This document shows positions 48,551 through 58,112 of a DNA stretch of 64,000 nt, one piece after another; position 1 is the first letter of the stretch; every line of letters begins with the position of its first letter. The notes beneath the pieces are model-generated. The model made no database searches. It was not told where the DNA came from and worked only from the letters and a program-made list of their open reading frames with translations. The position numbers were made by a program, and so were the translations under genes. The DNA lies in NCBI GenBank assembly GCA_020350725.1, contig CP070719.1, positions 1,579,404-1,643,403 of the forward strand, in the 5' to 3' direction. This DNA is from a bacterium. Its GTDB lineage: Bacteria > BMS3Abin14.

Positions 48551-50043
48551 CATCACTACTGCCTGAGTTCACCGTCGACCGCAGCGAGGACCGGTGCATC
48601 CAGTGCCGGGTGTGTGAGCGGCAGTGCTCCTTCGACGTCTTCGGCTACGACGGGGAAAACAACGTCATGGTCCACAGGGAGGAGAACTGCGTGGCCTGTC
48701 AACGATGCTCTGTCCTGTGCCCGACCAATGCCCTCGTCATCAGGGAGAACCAGTACACCTACAGGCCGAATGCCAACTGGACCCGGGAATACATCCAGGA
48801 CCTGAAAAAGCAGGCCGAAACGGGCGGGGTACTCCTCACCGGCATGGGCTGCGACAAGCCCCACAAGATCTACTGGGACCATATTCTCATCAACGCCTCT
48901 CAGGTGACTAACCCGTCCATCGATCCTCTGCGCGAGCCCATGGAGCTCAGAACCCATCTGGGACGGAAGCCGGACCAACTGGAGATGGTGGACGGCAAGC
49001 TGGTCCTGCCCGATTATCCCAACGTGGAGATCTCGACGCCCATCATGTTCGGAGCCATGTCCTACGGAGCCATATCCTACAACTCCTTCCGTTGCCTGGC
49101 CCGCGCCGCCTTCGAATACGGGACCATGTTCAACACGGGCGAGGGCGGCTGGCCCATGGAGCTTCGCAAGTACGGAAAGTCTACCATCGTGCAGTGTGCA
49201 TCGGGGCGATTCGGCCTTGATCTGGAGTACTTCAACGACGCAGCGGTGGTGGAGATCAAGATCGGACAGGGGGCCAAACCCGGCATCGGCGGCCACCTTC
49301 CCGGAGAGAAGGTCTCGGAGCATATCAGCCAGACGAGGATGATCCCGGAGGGTTCAGATGCCATCAGCCCGGCACCCCACCACGATATCTACTCCATCGA
49401 GGATCTTCACATGCTGATTCACGCCATCAAGGAGGCGGTGGATTACCAGAAGCCGGTATCGGTCAAGATCAGCGCGGTCCACAACGCCCCGGCCATCGCC
49501 TCGGGGATGGTGCGGGCGGGAGCGGACATCATCGTTCTTGACGGCCTGCGCGGCGGCACCGGTGCGGCGCCAAAAATCCTCCGTGACAACGTGGGTATTC
49601 CCATTGAACTCGCCCTGGCGGCGGTGGACACGAGGCTTCGCAACGAGGGGATCCGTAACTGGGCCTCCCTGGTCGTTTCCGGTGGCATACGGAACTCGGC
49701 CGATATCTTTAAAGCCATCGCTCTGGGAGCAGATGCGGTGTACATCGGCACGCCGGCCCTCATGGCCCTCGGCTGCACCGTGTGCCAGAAGTGCTACACG
49801 GGTAAATGCGCCTGGGGCATAACCACCCAGGATCCCTATTTGACGAAGAGGGTGAATCCGGAGATCGGGACCCAGAACCTGAAGAACCTCCTGAGGGCCT
49901 GGAGCCTGGAGATAAAGGAGCTCCTGGGCTGCGGCGGGATCAACAGTATCGAGTCCCTGAGAGGAAACCGGCTGCAACTCAGGGGAATAGGCCTCGAGAG
50001 CTGGGAACTCGAGGCGCTGGGAATCAGAGGAGCAGGACAATGA
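48544..50043 (+). CDS. glutamate synthase FMN/Fe-S (central domain) subunit with N-terminal 2x[4Fe-4S] ferredoxin
   Basis: N-terminal CIQCRVCERQC and CVACQRCSVLCP, then a GltS central domain (FMN-binding TIM barrel, ...GEGGW...DGLRGGTGAAP...SGGIRN) and a C-terminal Cys cluster CTVCQKCYTGKC. Confidence 0.85.
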   Translation: MLTSLLPEFTVDRSEDRCIQCRVCERQCSFDVFGYDGENNVMVHREENCVACQRCSVLCPTNALVIRENQYTYRPNANWTREYIQDLKKQAETGGVLLTGMGCDKPHKIYWDHILINASQVTNPSIDPLREPMELRTHLGRKPDQLEMVDGKLVLPDYPNVEISTPIMFGAMSYGAISYNSFRCLARAAFEYGTMFNTGEGGWPMELRKYGKSTIVQCASGRFGLDLEYFNDAAVVEIKIGQGAKPGIGGHLPGEKVSEHISQTRMIPEGSDAISPAPHHDIYSIEDLHMLIHAIKEAVDYQKPVSVKISAVHNAPAIASGMVRAGADIIVLDGLRGGTGAAPKILRDNVGIPIELALAAVDTRLRNEGIRNWASLVVSGGIRNSADIFKAIALGADAVYIGTPALMALGCTVCQKCYTGKCAWGITTQDPYLTKRVNPEIGTQNLKNLLRAWSLEIKELLGCGGINSIESLRGNRLQLRGIGLESWELEALGIRGAGQ

Positions 50044-50882
50044 AAACGAGTTCGGCGGTGAAGAAGACCAGATCCACCTCCAGCAGCAGATCCGGGAAGC
50101 AGAGGTCTGGGGCGCACTGGATCAAGCTGGACGCCCAGGGCGTTTACTACAAGGACCTGAATCGGCAGATCCGGTCCCTGGCCCTTCAGGGAGATCGGAG
50201 GTTTGAGATCCACAACGTCTTCGGACAGCGTTACCTGGGTACGAACCTCTGGGGCATCGAGGGCCGGGACAGGATCGTGATCCGAGTATACGGCACGCCG
50301 GGTTCGGATATGGGGGCGTTCATGGACGGGCCCAGGATAGAGGTGTTCGGCAACGCCCAGGACGCCACCGGCAACACCATGAACTGCGGCCAGATCGCTA
50401 TCCACGGTTCCGCCGGAGATGTCCTCGGCTACGGCATGAGGGGGGGCGAGATCTACGTCCGGGACAACGTGGGGTACCGGGTCGGCATTCACATGAAGGA
50501 ATACAGGGATAAAATCCCGACGGTGGTCATCGGTGGCACGATGCAGGATTTCTTCGGGGAATACATGGCCGGAGGGAGGATCATCGTACTCAACAAGTTC
50601 TTCGCCGACAACCCCCCCGTTCGGAGGAGCTATTTCATCGGCACGGGGATGCACGGCGGCAATATCTACGTCCGCGGTGACGTGGACCTGCACCAGATCG
50701 GCGCGGAGGTCGGAATCGCCAGTCCCACGGATGCCGAGTGGAAGATCATCGAGAAATATGTGCACAATTTCTGCAAGGTCTTCGGGCTGGAGGAGAACAA
50801 GGCCAAACTCCTCAAGAGGCACAAGTTCACTCGATTATATGCCAAATCGTCCAGGCCATACGGCAGGCTGTATGCATACTGA
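50040..50882 (+). CDS. glutamate synthase GXGXG-domain subunit
   Basis: Repeated GXGXG beta-helix motifs (GTPGSDMGAFMDGPRIEVFGNAQDATGNTMNCGQIAIHGSAGDVLGYGMRGG). ATG at 50040 overlaps the previous stop (ATGA). Confidence 0.85.
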   Translation: MKTSSAVKKTRSTSSSRSGKQRSGAHWIKLDAQGVYYKDLNRQIRSLALQGDRRFEIHNVFGQRYLGTNLWGIEGRDRIVIRVYGTPGSDMGAFMDGPRIEVFGNAQDATGNTMNCGQIAIHGSAGDVLGYGMRGGEIYVRDNVGYRVGIHMKEYRDKIPTVVIGGTMQDFFGEYMAGGRIIVLNKFFADNPPVRRSYFIGTGMHGGNIYVRGDVDLHQIGAEVGIASPTDAEWKIIEKYVHNFCKVFGLEENKAKLLKRHKFTRLYAKSSRPYGRLYAY

Positions 50883-50952
50883 GGACTGAGTACTAAGGAC
50901 TAAGGACCAGGTGCTGATAGCTGAGTGCTGAGTATTGGACACTGGAAACTGA
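50883..50952. repeat. heptamer array (GGACTGA / GGACTAA / GTGCTGA ...), 10 units
   Basis: ggactga gtactaa ggactaa ggaccag gtgctga tagctga gtgctga gtattgg acactgg aaactga. Confidence 0.8.
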
Positions 50953-51030
50953 TCCGAAAGGCCCCTTCCGGGGCCTACCCTCCGGATCAGGCCCGGCGCT
51001 TCCCCCGCTGCGGAGACGCCGGATATGCCT

Positions 51031-51513
51031 CTAGGGTGCCACGATCAACGGTTCCTCGATCCGGCCGGTCTCGATCTCCTTATCCGTGGCCTCCCGGATG
51101 TCGACCACTGTGACGTCGAAGTTGAGGGTCTCCCCGGCCAAGGGGTGGTTGGCATCCACTACGACCGAGTCCTCCCTGAGTTCAGTGACGGACATTACCA
51201 TGACGCCGGCATCGGTATTGGCCTGGAACCTCATGCCAACCTGGATCTCCCCCTCGAGATCGAAGTGATCCTTGGGAATCTCCTCTATCAGCTCCTCTCT
51301 GCGGGGTCCATAGGCGTCCTCCGGAGGGATGGACACCTTGATGGTGTCACCCGGCGATCTCCCCTCCAGGGCTTTTTCCAGGCCCGGGATTATGTGCCCT
51401 CTCCCGTGCAGGTAGGAAAGAGGTCCATGTCCCTGGGACGTGTCCAGGACCTGATCCTCGGAATCGGTAAGTGTGTAGTCGATACTTACGACCTTGTTAA
51501 GGGCTATATTCAC
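51031..51513 (-). CDS. slyD: FKBP-type peptidyl-prolyl isomerase SlyD-like
   Basis: FKBP domain with IF (insert-in-flap) region (VVSIDYTLT...GHGPLSYLHG...IPGLEKAL). 160 aa. Confidence 0.8.
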   Translation of the reverse strand: MNIALNKVVSIDYTLTDSEDQVLDTSQGHGPLSYLHGRGHIIPGLEKALEGRSPGDTIKVSIPPEDAYGPRREELIEEIPKDHFDLEGEIQVGMRFQANTDAGVMVMSVTELREDSVVVDANHPLAGETLNFDVTVVDIREATDKEIETGRIEEPLIVAP

Positions 51514-51690
51514 TGTTTCCTCCTTTGGTAAGCATTCCAGGGGACCCTACATGGTCTGGACGGGAAGGTCAAATCGTAAGATGAAGGACCCTTATCGCGG
51601 GAGTTCGAGGGTCTGCTTCGGCCCGCCGCAGCCATGTCGACTTGCATGGGGCAGGGTAAATCATTTACGATGGAACGGGGAGGTGCATCA

Positions 51691-52437
51691 ATGGTCCTGA
51701 ACGAAAAACAGGTCGAGATGTGCAGGAGCAGCCGATGGGATTTTTCAGGCCTGAGTGCGCTGTTCCTCAATTGCACCCTGAAGCGGTCGCCGGAGATATC
51801 CCACACCGAGGGGCTGGTCAGGATATCCCGGGCCATCATGGAGAAAAACGGCGTCCGGACAGAGGTGCTGCGCCCCGTGGATCATGAGATCGCCAGCGGC
51901 GTCTATCCCGACATGACCGAGGCCGGGTGGTCCAGGGACGATTGGCCCTCGATCTACGAAAAGGTCCTGGGTGCGGACATCCTGGTGGTGACTTCACCCA
52001 TCTGGCTCGGTGAGAAATCCTCGGTGTGCACGAAGGTTATCGAGCGGCTCTACTCGACCTCAGGGGAACTGAATGAAAATGGACAGTACGCCTATTATGG
52101 GCGGGTTGGAGGGTGCCTGATCACGGGCAACGAGGACGGGGCCAAACACTGTGCCATGAACATCCTGTATTCCCTGCAGCACCTGGGTTACGTCATCCCC
52201 CCTCAGGCGGATGCGGCCTGGGTGGGCGAGGCCGGTCCCGGACCGTCCTACCTGGATCCCGGGTCGGGAGGGCCCGAAAACGATTTTACCAACCGGAACA
52301 CCACCTTCATGACGTGGAACCTCCTGCACCTGGCCCGCATGTTAAAGGATGCCGGCGGCGTGCCGGCTCACGGCAACCAGCGCTCCAGGTGGGAAGCGGG
52401 GTGCCGCTTCGACCACCCCAATCCGGAGTATCGGTGA
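51691..52437 (+). CDS. NAD(P)H-dependent FMN reductase / flavodoxin-fold oxidoreductase
   Basis: Flavodoxin-like NADPH-dependent FMN reductase pattern (LFLNCTLKRS...GADILVVTSPIWLG...). ATG at 51691 lies inside the longer ORF. Confidence 0.65.
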   Translation: MVLNEKQVEMCRSSRWDFSGLSALFLNCTLKRSPEISHTEGLVRISRAIMEKNGVRTEVLRPVDHEIASGVYPDMTEAGWSRDDWPSIYEKVLGADILVVTSPIWLGEKSSVCTKVIERLYSTSGELNENGQYAYYGRVGGCLITGNEDGAKHCAMNILYSLQHLGYVIPPQADAAWVGEAGPGPSYLDPGSGGPENDFTNRNTTFMTWNLLHLARMLKDAGGVPAHGNQRSRWEAGCRFDHPNPEYR

Positions 52438-52643
52438 GCGAGGCATCTCGAGGAGCGGCAGCCGACAGCCGATCCCGGACCGGCGCACGGGATCCCCGGG
52501 GGCCTCGGAGACCTCGGGCAGAGAGACCTTCCGTCCCTGGGGAGCGGGGCACGATCCGCTGCCGGTGCATGCGTCGCGCTTTGGCTGGGACAATTCTATG
52601 ACGGGAAGGAGCCTGACCAGGTGATCGCAGGGACGGCCAAACC

Positions 52644-54023
52644 ATGAACGGCAGAGCAAGGGGCACCTGGGTCCTGTCGTTTTTGGCCTTGATCGTTCTG
52701 ACCCTGTTCCTGCTGGTCTCTGCCATGACGAGAACGCCGGACCGCGATCTTGAGGAGATCGTCGAGTCAGGCCGCATCGTCATGATCACCCAGAACAGCG
52801 CCAACACCTATTACATTGACCGGGACGAGCCGAGCGGATTCGAATATGAACTGGCCCAGGAGTTCGCCGATTACCTCGGAGTCCAACTGGAGGTCATCAC
52901 CCCCGGATGGAGCCGGATGATCGACTTCCTCAACAGGGGAAGGGGAGACTTCATCGCCGCCGGCATGACGATAACACCCTCCCGGGAGGAATTGGTCGAT
53001 TTCTCCGACGAGTACCTCAGGGTTCAGCAGATGATCGTGGTCAACAAGGACAATCTCGAGGTGAGGTCCCTTGAGGACCTCAACGGCAGAACGGTGAAGT
53101 TGAGGGAGGACACCTCCTATCAGGAGCGCCTGATGGAGTTGAGGGATGAGGGCCTCGATGTCCGACTGGATCTTTTCCGGGACGTCCCCACCGAGGAGTT
53201 CATCCGGATGGTGGCCGAGGGCGAGATCGAGATCACCATCGCCGACTCCAATATCGCCATGCTGAACCGCCGATATTACCCTGACGTCCGGATCGCCTTT
53301 CCCGTCCAGGAGGACGAGCCGCTCGGCTGGGCCGTTCGGAAGGGCAGTCTTGAACTTGTCGAGAAGATCAACGGATTCTTCGAGCACATCAAGGGGAACG
53401 GAGTTTACAATCAGGTCCTGGCCCGCCACTACGGCAACCTGGAGGCCTTCGAATACCACGAATTGAAGAGGTTCCACGGTATGATCGAGACCAGGATGCC
53501 GGAGTACCGGAATATCATCGTCAGGGAGGCCGAGAAGCACGCCATCGATTGGAGGTTGATCGCCGCGGTTGTCTACCAGGAATCCCATTTCAACCCGAGG
53601 GCCTGGAGCTATACCGGTGTGCGGGGCCTGATGCAGGTGACCAAAAAAACGGCTGAAGAGATGGGGATCAGCGATCGCCTCGATCCCGAGGAGAGCATCA
53701 AAGCGGGGGTGGGTTACATCGCCAAATTGTACAGCCGCTTCGATGAGGTCGAGGAGGATTTCGAGCGGATGACCTTTGCCCTGGCCAGCTACAATGTCGG
53801 TTATGGCCACGTCCGCGACGCCCAGAGGCTGGCCAGGCGGCAGGGGCTCGATCCCAACAGGTGGTCCTCCCTGAAAAAAACCCTTCCTCTGCTGAGATAC
53901 CCGAAATATTACCGCCAGACGGTCTTCGGGTACGCCCGGGGTACGGAACCGGTGCGTTTCGTGGAGAGGGTGCGCCTTTATTACGATATCCTGAGGCGGA
54001 AGTCTGCCTATGAGCCGGCGTAA
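52644..54023 (+). CDS. mltF: membrane-bound lytic murein transglycosylase F
   Basis: Signal/anchor. Periplasmic solute-binding (SBP_bac_3-like) domain. C-terminal SLT domain with catalytic-Glu context (VYQESHFNPRAWSYTGVRGLMQV). Confidence 0.8.
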   Translation: MNGRARGTWVLSFLALIVLTLFLLVSAMTRTPDRDLEEIVESGRIVMITQNSANTYYIDRDEPSGFEYELAQEFADYLGVQLEVITPGWSRMIDFLNRGRGDFIAAGMTITPSREELVDFSDEYLRVQQMIVVNKDNLEVRSLEDLNGRTVKLREDTSYQERLMELRDEGLDVRLDLFRDVPTEEFIRMVAEGEIEITIADSNIAMLNRRYYPDVRIAFPVQEDEPLGWAVRKGSLELVEKINGFFEHIKGNGVYNQVLARHYGNLEAFEYHELKRFHGMIETRMPEYRNIIVREAEKHAIDWRLIAAVVYQESHFNPRAWSYTGVRGLMQVTKKTAEEMGISDRLDPEESIKAGVGYIAKLYSRFDEVEEDFERMTFALASYNVGYGHVRDAQRLARRQGLDPNRWSSLKKTLPLLRYPKYYRQTVFGYARGTEPVRFVERVRLYYDILRRKSAYEPA

Positions 54024-54198
54024 CAGAGATCCGTGATCAGCAGAGGCGAGGGACGCCCGAGAAAAGAGAAGGGGACAAGCGCTCTTTCCGGATCAGGAAT
54101 GGCTGGTTTCAGACAACTGTGGACCGGGAATTCTTCGACAGGCGCGGGACAGCTTGGCAACGGGTAACTGTATTCAGAGAACTGTGGATCGGAATACC

Positions 54199-54765
54199 AT
54201 GAGTAGCGTTAACAGATGCCCCTGGGCGGAGAGCAGCGAGCTGATGATCAAATACCATGACCTGGAGTGGGGAGTTCCGCTGCACGATGACCGCGGCCTT
54301 TTCGAGTTCCTTGTCCTCGATGCGTTTCAGGCCGGACTGAGCTGGGAGATCACGCTGAGAAAGAGGGAGGCCTTCCGCTCGGCCTTCGATGGCTTCGATC
54401 CGGAGACCGTGGCATCCTACGACGGGCGGAAAAGAGAGGAGCTGCTCGGCAACCCGTCAATCATCCGCAACAGGAAAAAGATCGAGGCTTCCATCGCCAA
54501 CGCGGGACTCTTTCTGGACATCCGAAACGCATTCGGCAGCTTTGATGACTACATCTGGGGGTTCACCGGCGGGCGGGTCATCCGAAACTCCTGGCAGTCG
54601 GTGGATCAGATACCTGCCTTCACCGCTGAGTCGGAGGCCATGAGCCGGGATCTGAGGGGACGCGGGTTCAGGTTCGTCGGACCGACCATCTGTTACTCCT
54701 TCATGCAGGCCGCCGGAATGGTCAACGATCACCTTGTGAGCTGTTTCCGGTACGATGAAGTTTGA
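54199..54765 (+). CDS. tag: DNA-3-methyladenine glycosylase I
   Basis: Tag family pattern CPWA...YHDLEWG.P..DD..LFE.L.L..FQAGLSW. C-terminal zinc ligands (H...C). ATG at 54199. Confidence 0.85.
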   Translation: MSSVNRCPWAESSELMIKYHDLEWGVPLHDDRGLFEFLVLDAFQAGLSWEITLRKREAFRSAFDGFDPETVASYDGRKREELLGNPSIIRNRKKIEASIANAGLFLDIRNAFGSFDDYIWGFTGGRVIRNSWQSVDQIPAFTAESEAMSRDLRGRGFRFVGPTICYSFMQAAGMVNDHLVSCFRYDEV

Positions 54766-54776
54766 CGTTTGAGGCC

Positions 54777-55002
54777 TTTTAATCCAATCCAAAATCCAAA
54801 AAAAAGCTCCGAAAACAAGGATTTGAGGTTGGAAGATCCTTCTGAATCAGGGATCTCAAGTCCGTCCGCCGCCCCATCAGCTCCCATCTGAGTTGAAAGA
54901 TTAAGCGATAAGATAGGTTCAATTTCTCAGGAAGTATTAACCGGGTCAACCTTGTGTTTTTTGGATTTTGGACTTTGGATTTTAGATCTGGAAATCTGAT
55001 GG
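54777..55002. repeat. heptamer arrays (AAAATCC-type, then TTTGGAT-type) downstream of tag and of the DUF4031 gene
   Basis: ccaatcc aaaatcc aaaaaaa ... (54784-54867) and ttggatt ttggact ttggatt ttagatc tggaaat (54961-54995). Confidence 0.7.
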
Positions 55003-55012
55003 CCGGGATGGT

Positions 55013-55330
55013 TCACTCCGGCCGGTGCGGGATCTTCCTCGGCCGACCCAGCCGGCCCCTCCTCGGGCCCATTACCGACCTCTTCTTCTTCAGGATGCGC
55101 CCAAGCTCCCGCCGGTCGACGACGGGTACGCCGGCCGCCCTGACAAGGTGGATCTCTCCCCCCCTGATGTCGTAATGCTCGGCATAGGTGTGCAGGGCGT
55201 GGATCCTGCGTCTTATCAGACCGATCCTGTCAGCGAACTCCTCAAGTTCCCTGGAGCCGGCCTCGCCGGCCTTGTCGGAGAAGAGATGTGCCCAGCCGTC
55301 GCTCCTCGGTCTGTCCATGAAGATAGCCAT
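55013..55330 (-). CDS. DUF4031-family small protein
   Basis: MAIFMDRP...WAHLFSD...ELEEFADRIGL...HYDI...AGVPVVDRREL matches the DUF4031 pattern (MxVYVDD..W.HL.SD..EEL..FA.R.GL...HYD...A...GA..V..REL). Only the C-terminal 105 codons of the 188-aa track ORF look coding. Confidence 0.55.
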   Translation of the reverse strand: MAIFMDRPRSDGWAHLFSDKAGEAGSRELEEFADRIGLIRRRIHALHTYAEHYDIRGGEIHLVRAAGVPVVDRRELGRILKKKRSVMGPRRGRLGRPRKIPHRPE

Positions 55331-55357
55331 AATTCGTGGAATCAGGTCCGGTTCCCG

Positions 55358-55385
55358 CTTTGGACTTTGGATTTTGGAATTTGGA
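55358..55385. repeat. heptamer array CTTTGGA x2, TTTTGGA, ATTTGGA upstream of the DUF4031 gene
   Basis: ctttgga ctttgga ttttgga atttgga. Confidence 0.8.
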
Positions 55386-55421
55386 TCATTGAGGGGGTTG
55401 TTCTGAAGGGTGTCCGCAGAG

Positions 55422-55682
55422 CTAGGAGGCATCCTCCAGCTTGTGGCAGAAGTAGCATTTGAATTTGCCTGTCGGGACCGATCCATCCTCCAGGGTATGG
55501 TCCTCGGGCAGGACGCCCGGGGGGTGGCAGGAAAGGCAGGGCGTGGGGTCTTTCCTGCGTCCTCCGTGGTCTCCATCACGCGGCATCCGGGGAGTGGTGG
55601 ATTCGGGGGCCATCAGGAAGAAAGCGAGGATTCCCACACAGACGACAACGAAGATCAGGCTCTGCCAGCGCTTCTTGTCCAT
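55422..55682 (-). CDS. small membrane-anchored di-heme c-type cytochrome (putative)
   Basis: ATG at 55682 with RBS AAAGGA 8 nt upstream. N-terminal TM helix (LIFVVVCVGILAFFLM). Two CxxCH motifs (CLSCH and CYFCH). 86 aa. Confidence 0.6.
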   Translation of the reverse strand: MDKKRWQSLIFVVVCVGILAFFLMAPESTTPRMPRDGDHGGRRKDPTPCLSCHPPGVLPEDHTLEDGSVPTGKFKCYFCHKLEDAS

Positions 55683-55867
55683 AATGACGTCCTTTCTACA
55701 CCATTTGATCCTTCCGGTACAGTTTCTTTCCGGGGAGAAAGGGGAGCCGGTTGATTTGTCGAAGGAGATGGCTATAATACTTACTATATAACTCAAGAAA
55801 TGTCCATTGAGCACCGGTTCCTCGCGGAGAGGAGCCGGACTTTTCAGAGAGAGAAAGGACGACGGGT

Positions 55868-56722
55868 ATGAGTGATGTGCGCGTTCCGATAAGGGTCTTT
55901 CCGAGCAGGCCGACGCTCGAGGGTGCCGGTGTCCGGCTCAGAAGAGCCTTCGGCTACTACGAGGTCCCCCAATTCGACCCCTTCCTCCTCCTTGATGACA
56001 TCCACTCCCTGGATCCGGAGGATTACACCGCCGGCTTCCCGTGGCATCCCCACAGGGGGATCGAGACGGTGACCTATGTCATCCACGGTGAAGTGGAGCA
56101 CGGTGACAGCATCGGCAACAGGGGGGATATCCGGGACGGTGACGTCCAGTGGATGACCGCCGGCAGCGGGATCATCCACCAGGAGATGCCCCACCGGATC
56201 GAAGGCGACATGCGGGGTCTCCAGCTGTGGGTGAACCTGCCGGCCAGCCACAAGATGATGGAGCCGCGGTACCGGGACGTCCCGGCGGAAACCATTCCCG
56301 CGGTCACGCTGGAGGACGGCACGGTGATCAAGGTGATCGCCGGCAGGTATGACGGCACCGAGGGCCCGGTGAAGGACATCGTCAGGAGCCCGGAATACCT
56401 GGATGTGTCGGTCCCGCCCCATACCTCTTTCACCCGCAGTACGGAGCCGGGCCACACCGTTTTCGCCTACGTACTCGACGGCGAGGCATCCTTCGGTCCC
56501 GGCGGCACCGACCCCGCCGGGCCGGACAGCGTCGTCCTGTTCGGTAAGGGGGACAGGGTGGCAGTCCGGGCTTCCGGGAAGGGGGTCCGTTTTCTCCTCA
56601 TCTCGGGAGAGCCCCTGGGTGAGCCGGTGGCGTGGCGCGGCCCCATCGTCATGAACTCCCAGGAGGAGCTGGATCTGGCCTTCAGGGAGTACCGTGAGGG
56701 GACGTTTATAAAGAGCGGTTAA
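55868..56722 (+). CDS. pirin family protein (bicupin)
   Basis: Pirin N-terminal cupin with metal ligands HPHRG...H..E. 284 aa. Confidence 0.88.
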   Translation: MSDVRVPIRVFPSRPTLEGAGVRLRRAFGYYEVPQFDPFLLLDDIHSLDPEDYTAGFPWHPHRGIETVTYVIHGEVEHGDSIGNRGDIRDGDVQWMTAGSGIIHQEMPHRIEGDMRGLQLWVNLPASHKMMEPRYRDVPAETIPAVTLEDGTVIKVIAGRYDGTEGPVKDIVRSPEYLDVSVPPHTSFTRSTEPGHTVFAYVLDGEASFGPGGTDPAGPDSVVLFGKGDRVAVRASGKGVRFLLISGEPLGEPVAWRGPIVMNSQEELDLAFREYREGTFIKSG

Positions 56723-56941
56723 GGGAAACAGGACTATGCCTGTCTTTTCCGGGGAAGGTTTTCAGGGGTCGTGATTCAGCGGTCAGGAACAGGCACTGAG
56801 ACCCTCTTTTTCCCCTTCCACTCCTGTCTTTCCACTGGACACAGGTGCCCTTTTCGTGAGGAAACCCGTAAACCCGGTCTGCTATAATCTCGAAGGCTGA
56901 ACATCCGCTCCCCGTTGCTACCGGGTAAGGGGAGGCGGGGC

Positions 56942-57838
56942 ATGGAATACGGGGAGGCGATCATGGGCAGAACGGCACTCGTACTGAGCGGGGGAGGGGC
57001 CAAGGGTGCTTTCCAGGTGGGGGTGGAGAAGTATCTCAGGGAGGAGAAGGGCTTCAGCTGGGATATCATCGCCGGCGTGTCCGTGGGGGCCCTGAACGGG
57101 GCCATGCTGGCCATGGAGAGGTACCGGCGCCTCGAGGTCATCTGGAGGACCATCTGTCACAACAGGGTCTACACCGGGAAGGTAAACCTCTGGACCGCCG
57201 TCCGGCTTTTCATGGGGAAACTCTCCATTTACGGCAACGATCCCCTGGCGGAGATCATCGAGTCGGAGGTGGAACCGGAGAACTTCAAGGTCGACTTAAG
57301 GGTCGGCACCGTCTCCCTGAGGACGGGCAGGTACACCATCTACAGGGGTGACGATCCCAATATCAAAAAGGCCATATTGGCATCCACCGTCGTTCCCCTG
57401 CTCTGGCCTCCCCAGTACGTTTCATCCGAGTGCCAATACATGGTGGACGGCTCCCTGATCCGCTTTTCCCCCATAGGGGATGTCCTGGATGCCGACCCTG
57501 AAGAGGTGGTGGTCATCAACTGCTGGCCAAGGGACCGCGGACCGAGGTCGGGCAGATTCAGAAACGTCCTCGACATCGGGCTGAGGGCCCTTGACATCTC
57601 ATCGGCCGGCATCATCTCCTCGGACATCCACGAGTTCACCCATATCAACCGCAATGTCAAGGAGGCGGGCGAACACGGAGTGACGCTGCACAACGAGAAG
57701 GGAAAACCGTACAAATTCTATAAATACCTCATCATTGAACCGGAAGAATACCTCGGCAGCCTCCTTGACTTCTCCTACGACGCGATCCAGGGGCACGTGG
57801 AGAAGGGGTGGAACCGGGCCAAGGAAATATTGGGTTAA
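56942..57838 (+). CDS. patatin-like phospholipase
   Basis: Oxyanion GGGAKG. Nucleophile elbow GVSVG. Catalytic Asp region (DGS). ATG at 56942 lies within the longer ORF from 56915. Confidence 0.85.
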   Translation: MEYGEAIMGRTALVLSGGGAKGAFQVGVEKYLREEKGFSWDIIAGVSVGALNGAMLAMERYRRLEVIWRTICHNRVYTGKVNLWTAVRLFMGKLSIYGNDPLAEIIESEVEPENFKVDLRVGTVSLRTGRYTIYRGDDPNIKKAILASTVVPLLWPPQYVSSECQYMVDGSLIRFSPIGDVLDADPEEVVVINCWPRDRGPRSGRFRNVLDIGLRALDISSAGIISSDIHEFTHINRNVKEAGEHGVTLHNEKGKPYKFYKYLIIEPEEYLGSLLDFSYDAIQGHVEKGWNRAKEILG

Positions 57839-58112
57839 TCGTTTCCCTGGCGGGGAGTATTAAGTGAAAAGGGCTAGGTGCTAGGATAAAATACCGGCAA
57901 GAGATCACCCGCTGATGTCACATCAGCACATTGGCCAGACCGAGCAATTAATGATCCAGTAATTATGTTATAAAAATTAAATATATTAAGTATTTAAGAA
58001 TTTAGATTCATGTTAAACATTAAGTATGAGTCTTGCGCATTGAACGGAATAATGATAGCGATAAGCCCTGTTTTGCTTGGCTCTTAACCCTTAGTTCTCA
58101 GACCGATATGCC

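Noticed and set aside
55331-55579. N-terminal 83 codons of the 188-aa ORF 55013-55579
   Set aside because: Only the C-terminal 105 codons match the DUF4031 pattern and begin with a proper ATG. The upstream part overlaps the heptamer array and the di-heme cytochrome gene in another frame.
56942-57838. Patatin-like lipase as a CBASS or other defence effector
   Set aside because: No adjacent cyclase/CD-NTase, sensor, or ATPase. Its neighbours are pirin and metabolic genes.
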